Of a DNA stretch of 64,000 bases, positions 24,556 through 38,827 are shown in pieces. Under the pieces are notes generated by a model. That model did no database searches and had not been told where the DNA came from. It saw nothing but the letters and a program-made list of their open reading frames with translations. The position numbers and the translations under genes were made by a program. Position 1 is the stretch's first letter. The number at the start of each line of letters is the position of its first letter. This stretch comes from Octopus vulgaris (lineage: Eukaryota): positions 121,892,001 to 121,956,000 of the forward strand of contig OX597819.1 of NCBI GenBank assembly GCA_951406725.2, given 5' to 3'.

Positions 24556-24949
24556 CTAGCAGTATCGCCCGGCGTTGCTTGGGTTTGTAAGGGAAATAAC
24601 TATGTAAGCATTTTTAGAGATGTAAAGTATAATAGCCATCTCAATATGGCTAACCACAAAGGGGCTGGGGTGTTACTGTAGCTTTTTACGTTCTGAGATT
24701 TAATAATAATTTTTTAGAGAGTTACTTCCCTTATATATGCCAAAAATGCATTAAAAATGGGAAAATATGATGGTAATTTTTTTTAAATCGTAGACTCATC
24801 GTAGACGCTAATACCCAGAAGGGCTCGATATGAATCACGACTATAAGATACCCGGTTTTGGTTAAAATGCACCGCAAAATGTGGGAGTAGTTAGGAATCT
24901 AAATCGTAGGAGACAGACAGACACATAACCTCTCTTTTATATATAAAGA
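24556..24949 (-). mobile_element. Non-autonomous Helitron-like element
   Basis: 5' TCTTTATATATAAAA, 3' GC-rich hairpin followed by CTAG; same ends as 41561-41930. Confidence 0.7.
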
Positions 24950-25890
24950 TTTCTTAATCTACAGGAAAGTTTCTTATTTTCACTTGCTTATTCCCTTCTG
25001 TTTTCAAATATTCAAAACAGAATTTACAAGAAGTATTTATTTCTTCAGGCAAATCGCAACGTAAATGTAGAAAAGAATTATGCAAACGAAGAAGCTTAGA
25101 ATATGTTCTGATATTTCTAATCTGAAGCGGTCTATACCTATATATATTTCTTTACTGCTGCCCACAAGGGGCTAAACACAGAGGGGGCAAACAAGGAGAG
25201 ACAAAGGGATTATCTCGATTACATCGACCCCAGTGCGAAACCGGTACTTAATTTATCGACTCCGAAAGGATGAAAGGTAAAGTCGACCTCCGTGGAATTT
25301 GAACTCGGAACGTAACGACAGACGAAATACCTATTTCTTTACTGCCCACAAGGGGATAAACATAGAGGGGACAAACAAGGACAGACAGATGGATTAAGTC
25401 GATTACATCGACCTCAGTGCGTAACTGGTACTTAATTGATCGACCCCGAAAGGATGAAAGACAAAGTCGACCTCGGTGGAATTTGAACTCAGAACGTAAC
25501 GACAGACGAAATACCGCTAAGCATTTGACCTTGCGCGCTAACGTTTCTTCCAGCTCCCGCCTTGTGGTCTATAAATATATAAAGCTGTTGAAATCCCAAC
25601 GATAGTTGTTCGGGGACCGAAGAGCTCTTTATGAAATGGCTGTTGCTTTTAACTGTAAAAGCACATTCACACACAGCTATGAGCACATATACAGAGGCAC
25701 ATATACAAACATGCAAACACTCGCCACACATAAAATTTTACACGGAAAACTTTGAAAGTTACTTCGAGGTTTCGGGTTCTCAGCTGTCATTAGGCTGTTT
25801 AAAACTGAGAAAGTATTACTCCACTGAAAGATATTCTTTCAGTTTAATGCTACCTCATGTTCATATATAAAAGTTTACATAAAACCATAA

Positions 25891-25941
<51 letters not shown>

Positions 25942-26005
25942 TTAAGCAATGAATAAAAACTTACGAAACCGTCGGTATGCTTGAATCTCTTTTTGTAACA
26001 TATTT

Positions 26006-26067
<62 letters not shown>

Positions 26068-26135
26068 ATAAAAGAAGGAAAATGCACAATCTAAATAGTT
26101 TTAATATATTCTAAAATAGTATTTAATATTGTGTT

Positions 26136-26168
26136 TGTCGACCGGTTTCACTTTCGCTAATCATGACA
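26136..26168 (-). ncRNA. Ultra-minimal hammerhead-like motif, A3-U8 core variant
   Basis: TGTC-ATGATTA-GC gaaa GT-GAAA-CCGG-TC-GACA (33 nt). Confidence 0.6.
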
Positions 26169-26829
26169 TTGAAATTATTGTAATTTCGTATTTTCTTAAG
26201 AAGATTATAGTCTCTGTTGTGTGTGTAGAAGTTTATGAATGAATGATTAAAATACTAGAAAAATCTAAGGGAAGGTAATTGATGATCATTATTATTGAGG
26301 ACAGGGGAATTAATCGTTCATTTTTCGGGGGAGGGGATAAATAAATATACGCCAAAACTCAAAAGCTTAAGTAGTGAGATTAAATTTGTACAAATACATA
26401 ATACACACATGCACATACATCTCTCTGTGTGTGTTTAACGTAAAGAAATAGCTATTCTTGGAACCTGGGCAGGTACCTTATTAGTATTCTTGTATAATTT
26501 GGTGTAATTTAAATCTGGTTAACAGCATCGAACGATAGGGAATGTACAGAATTGTTAACATAAATGATTCCACGTTACTTCACTCGATAATATCTCCTGT
26601 GATAGCTTCAGTGGATTTCATACAGCTTATAGAGTATATAATGAAGACATCATAAAGAAGACTGGAGAATGATACATCTTTAAAATTTGTTTACTACAGT
26701 AATCATTCTCATTAAATTCCAATCCGACACGTGTTTCTGCTGCATAAGTGTTTTAATGTCCTTTGATGGAGAATTTATGTGCATTTAGGTGATTCATTTG
26801 CAGTGCATATTGATCCAAGGTAGATATTC

Positions 26830-27357
26830 CTATGCAGCTTTATTCAAGGTTTTAACCATGCCGGTGGGTAAACCGGACTTCGACCGAACAGTCAACAAAG
26901 AATACTTTGTGGAGGTTTTGTAGGGAATTCAGGAATAGATTTTGTTGCAAAAGGCCAGAGATCTTCCACTCGGATCGGTGATACCTGCACCGGGCAATAC
27001 ACCAGTCTACAATTCCATATTGGTAACCAACTACTTGACATAGAGGGGCACGAAAACTGTCCTTTACCTTTTTTGTCGTCCAACCCTTGCTCCCTGCTAC
27101 TTTCCGTTTTTCCCCCAAGCTAAAGAAGAATCTCAGAACCAGTCGATTTGAAGACATTGAGAAGTTGAAGAAATATCTGTGACTTCTTCACTTTGAAGGA
27201 CTTACAGAGAGTCATCATAAAATTCCTGGAACGACACAACGAGAGCATTGGATTCGGAGGATCCTGTTTTGAAGGCGATTAAAGCTTAGTACTTCTTCGA
27301 AATTAATGAATGTCTCTTTTGGAAAAGTCTCAACATTTCTGGAATAGACCTCTCATA
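26830..27357 (+). mobile_element. Degenerate mariner-like fragment
   Basis: FFPKLKKNLR..RFEDIE-like C-terminal remnant and TIR-like end; boundaries approximate. Confidence 0.5.
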
Positions 27358-27667
27358 CAGTTGCAAAAATACCATTTAGAACTTCTGTATTTATCATAAC
27401 AATACTTCCGTATGCGTGCGTGTGTGCGTGTGTGTGTGTCTCGGTGTGTCTGTGTGAGTGTGCTTTTTTATGTGTATGTGGATATGTTTCAATCTGTATG
27501 TCTGTATGTATATTGTAATAACAAAAGCAGAAGTAATTATACATTTTTACATGCATACATACAAATATACATACATAATGCATACATACATATATACATA
27601 TATACATACATGATAGATCGTTAGCCATTACACACATGTTTCTCTCCTTGCTTTTTTTTCGGTGTCC

Positions 27668-27703
27668 CTTTCTGTAGAAGAGCGTAGGCTCGAAACGTAA
27701 AAG
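27668..27703 (+). ncRNA. Hammerhead-like motif with CTGTAGA core (A6 to U)
   Basis: CTTT-CTGTAGA-A-GAGC gtag GCTC-GAAA-CG-TA-AAAG; related copies at ~12871 (+) and ~59329-59362 (-). Confidence 0.5.
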
Positions 27704-29768
27704 ACTTTTTCTATTCCTGAGCATTATACTAATATATCTGTATGTTTTGTACACCACCTGTCTTCGTCTTTTGTCTTTTTCGTAAACTCTCCCTATACAT
27801 ACATACATACATACATACATACATACATACATACATACATACATACATACATACATAATACATACATACATACATATATACATACATACATGCATACATA
27901 CATATATGTGAAGGTGAATGGTCTATTGTGTAGGGCGTTGTATTCACAATGGTTAGGTCATGGATTTGATTCCCGTGCCGAGAGGTGTGTTGTGTTCTTG
28001 AGCAAAACGCTTCATTTCACGTTGATCCAGTCTATTCAGCTGTCAATGGATCACCATGCTACGATATAGACTTACGATTAGGGGAAATGTTGATTTGTTC
28101 ACTAGCTAGCGGAGTAGTATCATTCGAAACCTAAAACGATGCAAAGCGCATTGTGACAATATTTGTTATTCAGGTTGATCACGTGATTGTGTGATATACA
28201 TACATATATACATACACACATGCACACACACATATAAATTTAATTAGAAGATATATTAACTTCATGAACGGAGTAGGAGTGGCTGTGTGGTAAGTAGCTT
28301 GCTTACGAACCACATGGTTCCAGGTTCAGTCCCACTGCATGGCACCTTGGGCAAGTGTCTTCTACTATAGCCTCGGGCCGACCAAAGCCTTGTGAGTTGA
28401 TTTGGTAGACGGAAACTAAGTCCGTCGTATATATGTATATGTATATATGTATGCGTGTGTGTATATATTTGTGTGTCTGTGTTTGTCCCCCCAACATCGC
28501 TTGACAACCGATGCTGGTGTGTTTACGTCCCCGTAACTTAGCGGTTCGGCAAAAGTGACCGATAGGATAAGTACTAGGCTTACAAAGAATAAACCTTGGG
28601 GTCGATTTGCTCGACTAAAGGCGGTGCTCCAGCATGGCCACAGTCAAATGACTGAAACAAGTAAAAGAGTAAAAGAGGATGGTTTCATCCAAGGAAATAC
28701 TGGTTCAATACCTAGTGTTTGGGGGTAATGAATCTCTTTAAAATGATAGACATATATAAAACATAGTTTATATCCATTTAAACGAAGAAAAGAACGTGGT
28801 GATTAGGAAGTTAATAACTGTTTATTAACAACAAATTGGTCATTTTTGTTCTTTACAACTGTTTCAATTAATACGCAATAAATGAATTACAAATCTATGC
28901 ATTAAATTTACATTTATGCGTCATGTGTATAATTTCATCAGAGAAAAAAATGATGTACCTTTGGATGTTATATGTGCGCTTATCAATTCGTTTCAGTAGA
29001 CTATCAATACATTTAGCGCCTATATATATATATATATAGTCTACTGCCTTTCTGACTACTACTTCCAACAAGTGAAATCAGCTTTCTCTGTCCCTCTCAA
29101 GCTGTTTTCAAAGCGTTCAAAATAATTTTTCTTTCGTTCAGGTTTAACAGCCCTTAATGTTTGTGTTACTGTTATTCTCCTTGTCCTGTCTTTTACTGTT
29201 TTTATTTGTATTGTCTTTACTGTCCTGTTTTTTGTTACCACTTTTACCCCTCCGCAAAAAATTTCAAATTTTATTTAATTTAGTTTGCGGGAAGGACTTT
29301 TTCCACTAAGTCGTGTCTCGCCTTTACCTTCGAAACATGGAGTAGACGAAACAGAGGCTTCTGAAGAAGGGGAATTTTCTTTGTGTTGTATGTCTTTTAC
29401 TCTGCTTTTTCGTTGTTTAAAAAAATGTCCGTTTCCTTGGTTTTGTTTTTATATTTTCGTTTCTCATCGTGTTCGACGTTTTTTTGTGTGTCCTGTACGC
29501 ATATATGCATATATATATATACATATAGATGTAGGTACGTACATATATGTATGTATACATGCATATGTTTTATTTATTATTTTGTTATTATATATATATA
29601 TATATAGGCGCAGGAGTGGCTGTGTGGTAAGTAGCTTGCTTACCAACCACATAGTTCTGGATTCAGTCCCACTGCGTGGCACCTTGGGCAAGTGTCTTCT
29701 ATTATAGCCTCGGGCCGACCAAAGCCTTGTGAGTGGATTTGGTAGACGAAAACTGAAAGAAGTCTGTC

Positions 29769-29809
<41 letters not shown>

Positions 29810-31569
29810 GGCGCGCGCTCACATGCACTCATGCATACCATTCAAGTATACGAAATAAGTTAAGGAGAAAAGTGATCGAATGAATACGAAAATAGTTTCA
29901 TATTTTATTTATTGAAATGCTTTAAAAAATTAGTGGAAACCAATGTGTGGGTGTATGAACCATCAAGTGAAATAAAATCGTTTTATAACAAGTGGAAACC
30001 AGACTGCAGAGAGGAAACGAACACAGCCAACTGTTACAACTTTAAAACGTGCAGCGGTAAAAAAAAAAGTGACATCTGTAGTAATATGAGCTGCTGTATA
30101 CGATATCAGATCTGCACCTCACCTGTCATGCGAATTCGAAACACCCATGTCAACATCTCTCCAAAGACACAGTTTTTGACTCAACCAGCTGGGGTGTAAA
30201 TATATTTCTTTACTGCCCACAAGAGGCTAAACATAGAGGGGACAAGCAAGGACAGACGAAGGGATTAAGTCGACTACATCGACTCCAGTACGAAACTGGT
30301 ACTTTATTTATCGACCTCGAAAGGATGAAAGGCAAAGTCAACCTCGGCGGAATTTGAACTCAGAACGTAATGACAGACGAAATAGTGCTGAGCATTTCGC
30401 CCGGCGCGCTAACGTTTCTGCCAACGAAAGTTAAGGGCGCTTGGAACTCTTTACCATCCTACATAAAACAGGCAAAAACCAAACTAGAGTCCTGCGACTG
30501 AAAATGTTTGCCCAGGGATTTATTGACTGAGAGCAAAACCTGAAGTCTTCAAAATCGAAAGGGCACATCTAAGATAATGAATGGAATTCTGGTAGCAATA
30601 ATTGCATCCGTCGTTTGGAGCAGTCAGTGAAACTATTGGTTTCGAGGACAGGTAGCATAAGTTACTTAATTATCAGTCTTGTGCCACAAGCGGATCTAAA
30701 TTGCAGTTAGATGCAGGTGGCTTGTTTTATCGGACGTTAATGCGGTGGTGCTTTTGAAGTGTTCTAGGAATTTTAAAATTTTCACTTTTCTATAAACCCG
30801 AAGAGTCAGATAGCACAATTCTCTTTGTTGCATATCGGCACAACTATACAATAACAACAGATTCACATTTCTGGTTCCTATGTCTCTCGTATTTAAGATA
30901 TTTTCTTCTCCATCTTTAAACGAAACACTCTTCAAAATACTTCTTTCTCTCATCTTCAACATATAATTGTTGAGCCTCAGTCGAACACAACAACATACTA
31001 TATTATTTCAAATGTTCCGATTTAGGTGCAGGCATGTCTGTGTAGAAAGAAGATTGCGTCCTACCCATATGATACTGTGTTGAGTCTCACTGCGCGGCAC
31101 CTATTGAATATTGGAAACTCGTACAATGTTGCTCACTTCATTTCAAGATTGCATTTATATATTTATTTTTGCTGCTGCTGTTCATCAGGTGCTGCTTGAG
31201 TGATATCATACGGCATTCAAAGGCTGTCTGCACTGATCTCAGGCCTCTACTTCTTTTATTTCTCCTCAGGTGGAGCCTTTCAACATCACTGTTTCTGTGG
31301 AAGTTCCCAGTTGTCAGGATTTTGGGGGCTTTGATATCTATGGAGTGGATTTCCTCTACAGAATAATCAAGTATCTGAAATATTGGGATCAGCACTGGTA
31401 CTGCAAATGCATTGTGGGATATTGTTTTATTGTAAGAGAAGAGTTACCTGTGTCATGATGATTTGTGCTGGGTGTCAAAATACCGACATCACGATTGTTG
31501 CTTAATGCTCTGCGAACTCTTTAAAGGCTGTATGACGTGGTATGGATATCACGATAACCAAGTTCCCCC

Positions 31570-32144
31570 AAATTTGTGATGGTCTTTGAGTGTCACTTAT
31601 GAAGATGACGTGATGCTGTCCACCAACTCTGAACGGGACCTTAGACTCAATCCAGACGGCTATGTGAGACTACTGGAAACTGTGGTCAATCCCTGACTGA
31701 CGAAGGTTACTACTGGAAGGCCTTATATGTGTCAGAAGGATTCTGCTCCTCGCCATATCACCGGAAAGAGTCAGAAATTATTGTTGGAGAATTTTAAGGA
31801 CTTCACTAGCCCCAATTTATGGCCTCCTAATTCCTCTGATTTTAATCTCATGGGTTACTGTGAGTAGGGAGAGGTTGAGAAAGCTGCCAACCCTTCTGCC
31901 TCAAACAGGAAGGAGGTGCTCGAAAACCTTCCCAAGGACACGGTGAGGAACGCATACACCATGTTCCAGAACCGTCTTGAGGACATACTGGAAGCTGGGT
32001 ACGACTATTTTGAATAAATTATTAAGTCCCAACAAATATCTATTTGATATTTTTTGATTTTTAAAAAAATACTTTTAATTATGGATAAAATATTGTTTTC
32101 GTTTCCTTTTATGGAAACTGTCAACTTTATCCCGAATACTCTGT
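31570..32144 (+). mobile_element. Degenerate Tc1-like transposase fragment
   Basis: QKDSAPRH..WPPNSSDFNLMGY remnant (cf. QQDxAPxH, WPxxSPDLNP). Confidence 0.65.
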
Positions 32145-32398
32145 ACACAATTACACGTTCGTCCGCACCCGCAGACCCACACATACACACACAACACTTA
32201 TTTAGAGGAAAGAAAGCGAAATTTTAATGTCATACAAGGTAAAAGCATGAAGCGCTTAGAGGCAATTGCTGTTGACCCTCAATGAGAAGGGGAGATAATC
32301 TGAAGCAATCAACTTTTCTCCGGAGCAATATTCCACAAGAAACAAGAGAAAAACTGTGAACACAGAAGACAAAACGCAGAACGTTGCTATAAAATACT

Positions 32399-32504
32399 TT
32401 TATTGCTTTGAAAATACGGAATTTTAATCACCGGTTCTTTGAAAACTTTTAGTTTAAAACAAAAAATCGCCAGGGGTGATCATTTCTGAATCTTTAAACC
32501 ATTT
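32399..32504 (-). other. Gene B terminal exon: last 2 nt of TAA stop + 3'UTR with AATAAA (32404-32399)
   Basis: TTTACATTTCAG|AAATG acceptor at 32505/32504; second TTCAG|AAATG 19 nt downstream; AATAAA ~100 nt downstream. Confidence 0.72.
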
Positions 32505-32948
32505 CTGAAATGTAAATAGATTAAAATTTGTTATTCATAAGATTTAAACATTGTCACATTTAACATTCAGTCTTAAAAAATCTAATTGTATATGTAAAAT
32601 CTAAGAACCAAAAAAAGAAAAAAAAAAATAGTGTCAAATTTTGGCATAAAGCCAGCAGTTTTGGGAAAGGGGATAAATCGATTATAACGACCCCAGTGTT
32701 TAAATGGTTCTTATTTTATCGGCTCTGAAACGATGAAGCGCAAATTATACCTCCGTGAAACTTGATCTTAGGAGGTGAAAACAGGCGACATGCCGCTAAG
32801 CAGTTTGCCCGACGCGGTAACGATTCTGCCAGCTTGCTGTCTTAAAGTAACCAACTTATATTATTATCATGAAACCTAGGTATAATACAAAACTCATAAA
32901 ATAATGTAAATTCATGGGCAGTAACTACATCCTTGAGTACAAAATATA

Positions 32949-33213
32949 CAGGGTTGGCCAAAAGTTAACCGACAGTAAATCAAAATAAATATTATTCTTT
33001 TACTCTCTTTTACTTGTTTCAGTCAATTTGACAGCGGCCATGCTGGAGTACCGCCTTTAGTCGAGCAAAATCGACCCCAGCACTTATTCTTTTTAAACCT
33101 AGTACTTATTCTATCGGTCTCTTTTGCCGAACTGCTACGTTACGGGGACGTAAGCACACCACCATCGGTTGTCAAGCGATGCAGGGGACACACACACACA
33201 AACATATACACAC

Positions 33214-33244
<31 letters not shown>

Positions 33245-33277
33245 CACATATATACATATACACACACACACACACAT

Positions 33278-33329
<52 letters not shown>

Positions 33330-33666
33330 CGGGCTTTTTCAGTTTCCGCCTCCCAAATCCACTCACAAGGCCTCGGTCGGCCCGAGGCCAAAGTAGAAGA
33401 AACTTGCCCAAGGTGCCACACAGTGGGACTGAACCCGGAACCATGTGGTTCGTATGTAAGCTACTTAACACACAGCCACCTCTGCGCCTCTGTAATTCTG
33501 TATTGACTCGAACTGAAAAATGTGTCGCTCATGAAAGGCTTCAGTTTAATCTGTTCCTATGACGTTTCATATTTAGATGCTTTTATAAAAACCATTCAGT
33601 TGTTAAACATAAATCTTGGAATTGAATGGTTTTGATTTACTGTCAGGTGACTTTTGGCCAACCTTG
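32949..33666. mobile_element. Tc1/mariner-type MITE with TA target duplication, interrupted by a SINE
   Basis: TIRs CAGGGTTGGCCAAAAGTTAACCGACAGTAAATCAAAA / TTTTGATTTACTGTCAGGTGACTTTTGGCCAACCTTG flanked by TA. Confidence 0.78.
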
Positions 33667-34029
33667 TATATTAAAACAATTTAATGGAGCCTTAAGAAAT
33701 ATTGAGAACAGCGTTGGAATGTAAAAATTAACTTTGAAAGAATCAGTAGTTTCTATATCAGACGGCAATGTTTGTAGGACATTCATTGTTGATTCCGATA
33801 ATAATTTTGAGTAAAAAATAATTGTCTGAAAATTCTATTTTGCTCTCCCTCGTAGATACAAAGGTTTGGAATTAAAATGAATGGAATCACAGAGTTGTCA
33901 AATTTCTGTTTTAATAATCAGAAACGTTGCAGAAATTCCAGAAATCATGAAATTTCTATACTACGAAATTACAGAAATAATACTGCTAGAAAAATATATG
34001 GTAAAATGAAAGGAAAAGCAAAAACTTAC

Positions 34030-34209
34030 ATTCATTTTTGCATCTTGATTGGATTTTTTCGTTACACTTTTGTTCATCAGCGTCAAAGTAAAGCCCGGAT
34101 TGGCAAGCCATGGATGGGTATGAAGTTCGGTTGAAACAGGGAATATACCTATGGCAGCTTTGAGGGTCAATGTTAACCCCAAATGGGTGTTGAGTACAGA
34201 GAGGATCAT
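34030..34209 (-). CDS. Gene B exon 2: CBM14 domain 2 (DPLCTQHPFGVNIDPQSCHRYIPCFNRTSYPSMACQSGLYFDADEQKCNEKIQSRCKNE)
   Basis: TTTCTCCTCAG acceptor ending 34210, GTAAGT donor at 34029, 180 nt, six Cys. Confidence 0.92.
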
Positions 34210-34780
34210 CTGAGGAGAAAGTATATTGATAAAATATTAATAAAAACTCTGAAAACATACTTTTTCTTTCCTTTTACGTATATATCGTTATAATATATTT
34301 TCACTATGTAATATAATACAGTTTCCAAGAACATATTTTCCCATACACTAAATTATATATGTGTTTGACTGTGTATGTGTGTATTGTGTGTGCGTATGAA
34401 TGTGTGTGTGTGTGAGTGTGGGCGTGAGAGTGTAGATTTTAGTAAAGTGCACGGCCTACGGTTTAACGGGTTGGTCTGAGGATCAGTAGATGATGGATTC
34501 GATTAATGGAGCTGATGGTTATACGTTAGGCCAGTGTGCATAAAGAAGAATACAACCAGCAGAGTATTGGTGGATTACTACTCATGAATGTTTTACCGAT
34601 TTTGTTTCCATCATTCAACCAAGACTTAAATATTCTTTTTATCATCTATTTGTACTCTCGTTAAAATCTCATCTTTCATTATCCACTGTATTGATTCTGT
34701 CAGCCTCTTGCACATACAGATGTTTATAACCTGAGCTCTCTTCACCTTCCTTCATTGCTCCATCTCCTCGTATTTGTATA

Positions 34781-35600
34781 CCTATTTCTTTACTACCCAC
34801 AAGGGGCTAAACACAGAGAGAACAAACAAGGACAGACAAACGGATTATGTCGATTATATCGACCCAGTGCGTAACTGGTACTTGTTTAATCGACCCCCAA
34901 AAGGATGAAAGGCAAAGTCGACCTCGGCTGAATTTGAACTCAGAACGTAGCGGCAGACGAAATACCTATTTCTTTACTACCCACAAGGGGCTAAACACAG
35001 AGAGGACAAACAAGGACAGACAAACGGATTATGTCGATTATATCGACCCCAGTGCATAACTGGTACTTGTTTAATCGACCCCGAAAGAATGAAAGGCAAC
35101 GTCGACCTCGGCTGAATTTGAACTCAGAACGTAGCGGCAGACAAAATACCTATTTCTTTACTACCCAGAAGGGGCTAAACTCAGAGAGGACAAACAAGGA
35201 AAGACAAACTGATTAAGTCAATTATATCGACCCAAGTGCGTAACTGGTACTTTTTTAATCGACCCCGAAAGGATGAAAGGCAAAGTCGACCTCGGCTGAA
35301 TTTGAACTCAGAACGTAGCGGTAGACGAAATACTACTAAGCATTTCGCCCGGCCTGCTAACGTTTCTTATTTCTTTATTGCCCACAAGGAGCTAAACATA
35401 GAGAGGACAAACAAGGACAGACAAACGGATTATGTCGATTATATCGACGCCAGTGCGTAACTGGTACTTGTTTAATCGACCCCGAAAGGATGAAAGGCAA
35501 AGTCGACCTCGGCTGAATTTGAACTCAGAACGTAGCGGCAGACGAAATACCGCTAAGCATTTCGCTCGGCGTGCTAACGTTTCTGCCAAGTCACCACCCT
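34781..35600 (-). mobile_element. SINE family 3, head-to-tail multimer (~184-bp period); monomers/dimers at 25145-25560, 30200-30425, 44005-44240, 44713-44945, 56138-56372
   Basis: Units restart at 34781, 34965, 35149, ~35368; GAGTTCAAATTC B-box-like motif. Confidence 0.85.
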
Positions 35601-36665
35601 CGTATTTGTATACCTTCACATCGGACCACTTTTCCTCACCTCAAAATTAATACTGCGTTATTTTGTAGTTCAAACTCCATTCGGATATCTTTAAAAAATA
35701 TTCAAATACTAATTACTAGACAGTCCAGAAATTCCTCAATTTTGATGAACCACTCCAAAACATTCATATAGAGTAGACGGGCCAGCTTTTCTATGCTTCT
35801 CAACTGATCGCTGATTCTTTACCTTTGGTAATATACAAGTAAATGAGAGCTATTGTGGATAAAATCAGCGGCACACTGTTTCCCTCAAATATTCCACGTT
35901 TTATACTCTTTACTCTTTTACTTGTTTCAGTCATTTGACTGTGGCCATGCTGGAGCACCGCCTTTAGTCGAGCAAATCGACCCCAGGACTTATTCCTTGC
36001 AAGCCTAGTACTTATTCTATCGGTCACTTTTGCCGGACCACTAAATTATGGGGACGTAAACACAACACCATCAAGTGATGTTTGGAGGGACAAACAGAGA
36101 CACACAAACATACACACACACGCACACACACACACATACACACACGCACACACACACACACACAAATATATATATACATATATACGACGGGCTTTTTTCA
36201 GTTTCCGTCTACCAAATCCACTCACAAGGCTTTGGTCGGCCCGAGGCTATAGTAGAAGACACTTGCCCAAGGTGCCACGCAGTGGGACTGAACCCGGAAT
36301 CATGTGGTTGGTAAGCAAGCAACTTACCACACAGCCACTCCTGCCCCTATGTTAACATTTCCCAGACACTGCGTCCCAGTTACTAGTAATTCTGTCGTTT
36401 CATACTGCCATAGATTAATGCTTTGGTGTTATCTGACACTCCTTAGATAATCGTGATTTTCTGGTCTGTTTGTGTGCAACAATATCGTAGGTCATTTGGT
36501 AATCTATCCAGACCAAATCTGTATAATCTTACAATTCTATATTACCATCTTGTCCATTAACAGTTGATGATTGTGGCTCTGGAATGAAAGGGATGCTGAT
36601 TTTGTCCGGCGTGCTACGAATCTACCGGTAGGCCGTCTCCATGATGACGATAGTGATGATGATGA

Positions 36666-36715
<50 letters not shown>

Positions 36716-36730
36716 TAATTATATCAATAA

Positions 36731-37792
36731 CAACAAGAGCATTCAGAGAGCGCAAACCTCCAAGGTAACACCAATGTCCTCTCAACGATTAGCCGGAGAT
36801 GATTTTTAAAATGAGAATATCTTAAACTCGACTGCTCTCACAAACGAAAATACTAAAAATGAACTCGACCGCTCTCAAAAATTAAGTAAAAAAACTGGAA
36901 AAATAATAATACAGAAGCCTTTTCCGCTACTTGATCGATCCCAGTGGTAGTCATGGAATGTGAAGGTTGGTGTGTGGGCTGTGTTTGTAATTCTGTGTGT
37001 GTGTGGTCTGCAGTGGGAACAAGGATAGGTTTCTCTATGAAGGCCCTTTTCTAGTCTATACATTGATATAGCGTCTTTACGACCATTAAGGTCTAGAGTG
37101 AAAAATGTATCCGTGCATGAACGAAAACGGAAAAGATCTGCATATGGTGCTGTTACCGGAAGTTTAACAACCTCGTTGCGCACAAAAACGGGAGTCCAAG
37201 AAGTAAAGCTTCCTTCAAGGCATAACTAGCAATGCAATCGTCAAGTAGGTAAGAGGTTTGAAACAGGAGCGATATATTCAAAATTGGTAAAACTGAAAAT
37301 TGTCGAGGATAAATTAAATCTATTATTGTAACTGAATATGTTAGTGTTATTTAATCTCTGATTGGTTTTACTGCTGTTTGTTTATGTAGTTTGATTTCTT
37401 TATCCATCAGTTTCTACTAAGATAGAGACGCGAGTAAAATTAATAATAGGGAAACGAAAATAAAACTTTGGAAACAGCAACGCCGCCATAACTTACGTGG
37501 AAGCTATGAGTGTGCTTTCAAGGGAGATAATCAGAGAAAGACTTGAAAGTGAACGTAAGACCGTAACATTTCATGTAAAGCAAATTGAATATAACAAATA
37601 GTCCAGAATCCTTGTATTGTAGCGGATAGATCCCACAATTTAATCAGCTCGTGCCAGTCACGAGGCCAAACATCCCTGAAAGTTTCATTCGGATCCACCC
37701 AACAGTTCTTGAGATATCTTGTCCACGGACAAGCAAACAAACAAGAAAGCACAACTGAAGACAATACCTCCGCCTTCGCTAAGGTGGAGGTA
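36731..37792. mobile_element. Probable Helentron/HINE-like non-autonomous element
   Basis: Terminal hairpin TACCTCCGCCTT..AAGGTGGAGGTA at one end, related ACCTCC..AAGG at the other, internal (CAAA)n. Confidence 0.4.
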
Positions 37793-37890
<98 letters not shown>

Positions 37891-37909
37891 TAATAATAAT
37901 AATAATAAC

Positions 37910-37943
<34 letters not shown>

Positions 37944-38796
37944 TGCCCTGATGCAGTACCAGGCAGTGGCTCTAATGGCTTCTGATCTTAACTGGTTGGA
38001 AGTGTTATCATGTGCATTGTGTTATCAATACCACAGATTTGCATGTCAGTTGTTTAAACTTAACATGTTCTTTGGTGCCTGATCATATGTGCATCTCTGA
38101 TCGCGAGCAGAAGTAGTGGGGGAGCATCATAGCAATGTGTTGAGTGTAATTCTTTCGGGTTTGAATTATTCGCCTCTGGAAACATGGGTGTTTCATTCAA
38201 CATCCTTAAACAACCATCATTCAGGGACCTTTTGAACAGGATGGGTTACTCAACCTGAGGAATGTTCTAACTGGGCCACCCCCCAATCTACAAAGTCATA
38301 CACTGTTTGTCTTGATATGAGATCACCATGTCACGCACATAGGGTTGTGATGCATGTCTGGTTAACCCTTATCAGACGGGTATTCATGATGGGGATACTG
38401 GGCTTCGTGTATTTTACCCCAGTGTCATTTTGATGACACATCGATGTCTCACTCAATAACAACAACAACAACAACAACAACAGCAATAATAATAATAATA
38501 ACAATAATAATAATAATTATAATTTTTCCAAAGGTGAATTATTCAAACCCCAAAGAATCCCTCTCAACACATGGCTATGATACTCCACTACTTCTGCTCG
38601 TGATCAGAGGTGCACATATCGTCAACCACTAAGGGACATGATCAACTGGTTAAGGTCAAACAACTGACAGGCAAATCTGTGGTATTGAGCAGAATATTTG
38701 CTGTAGCCCATCTTCTATCCCAAGTCAAAACAATGTACATGATAACACTTTCAGTCAATTGAGATCAGAAGCCATGTGAGCCACTGTCTGGTATTG

Positions 38797-38827
<31 letters not shown>

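Noticed and set aside
28851-28947. CTGATGA..long stem..GAAACAGTT hammerhead-like motif on the minus strand
   Set aside because: Core and stem II present but stem I does not pair; treated as a decayed copy
34781-35600. Regularly spaced repeats resembling a CRISPR array
   Set aside because: No unique spacers; units are whole SINE copies in eukaryotic DNA; no cas genes
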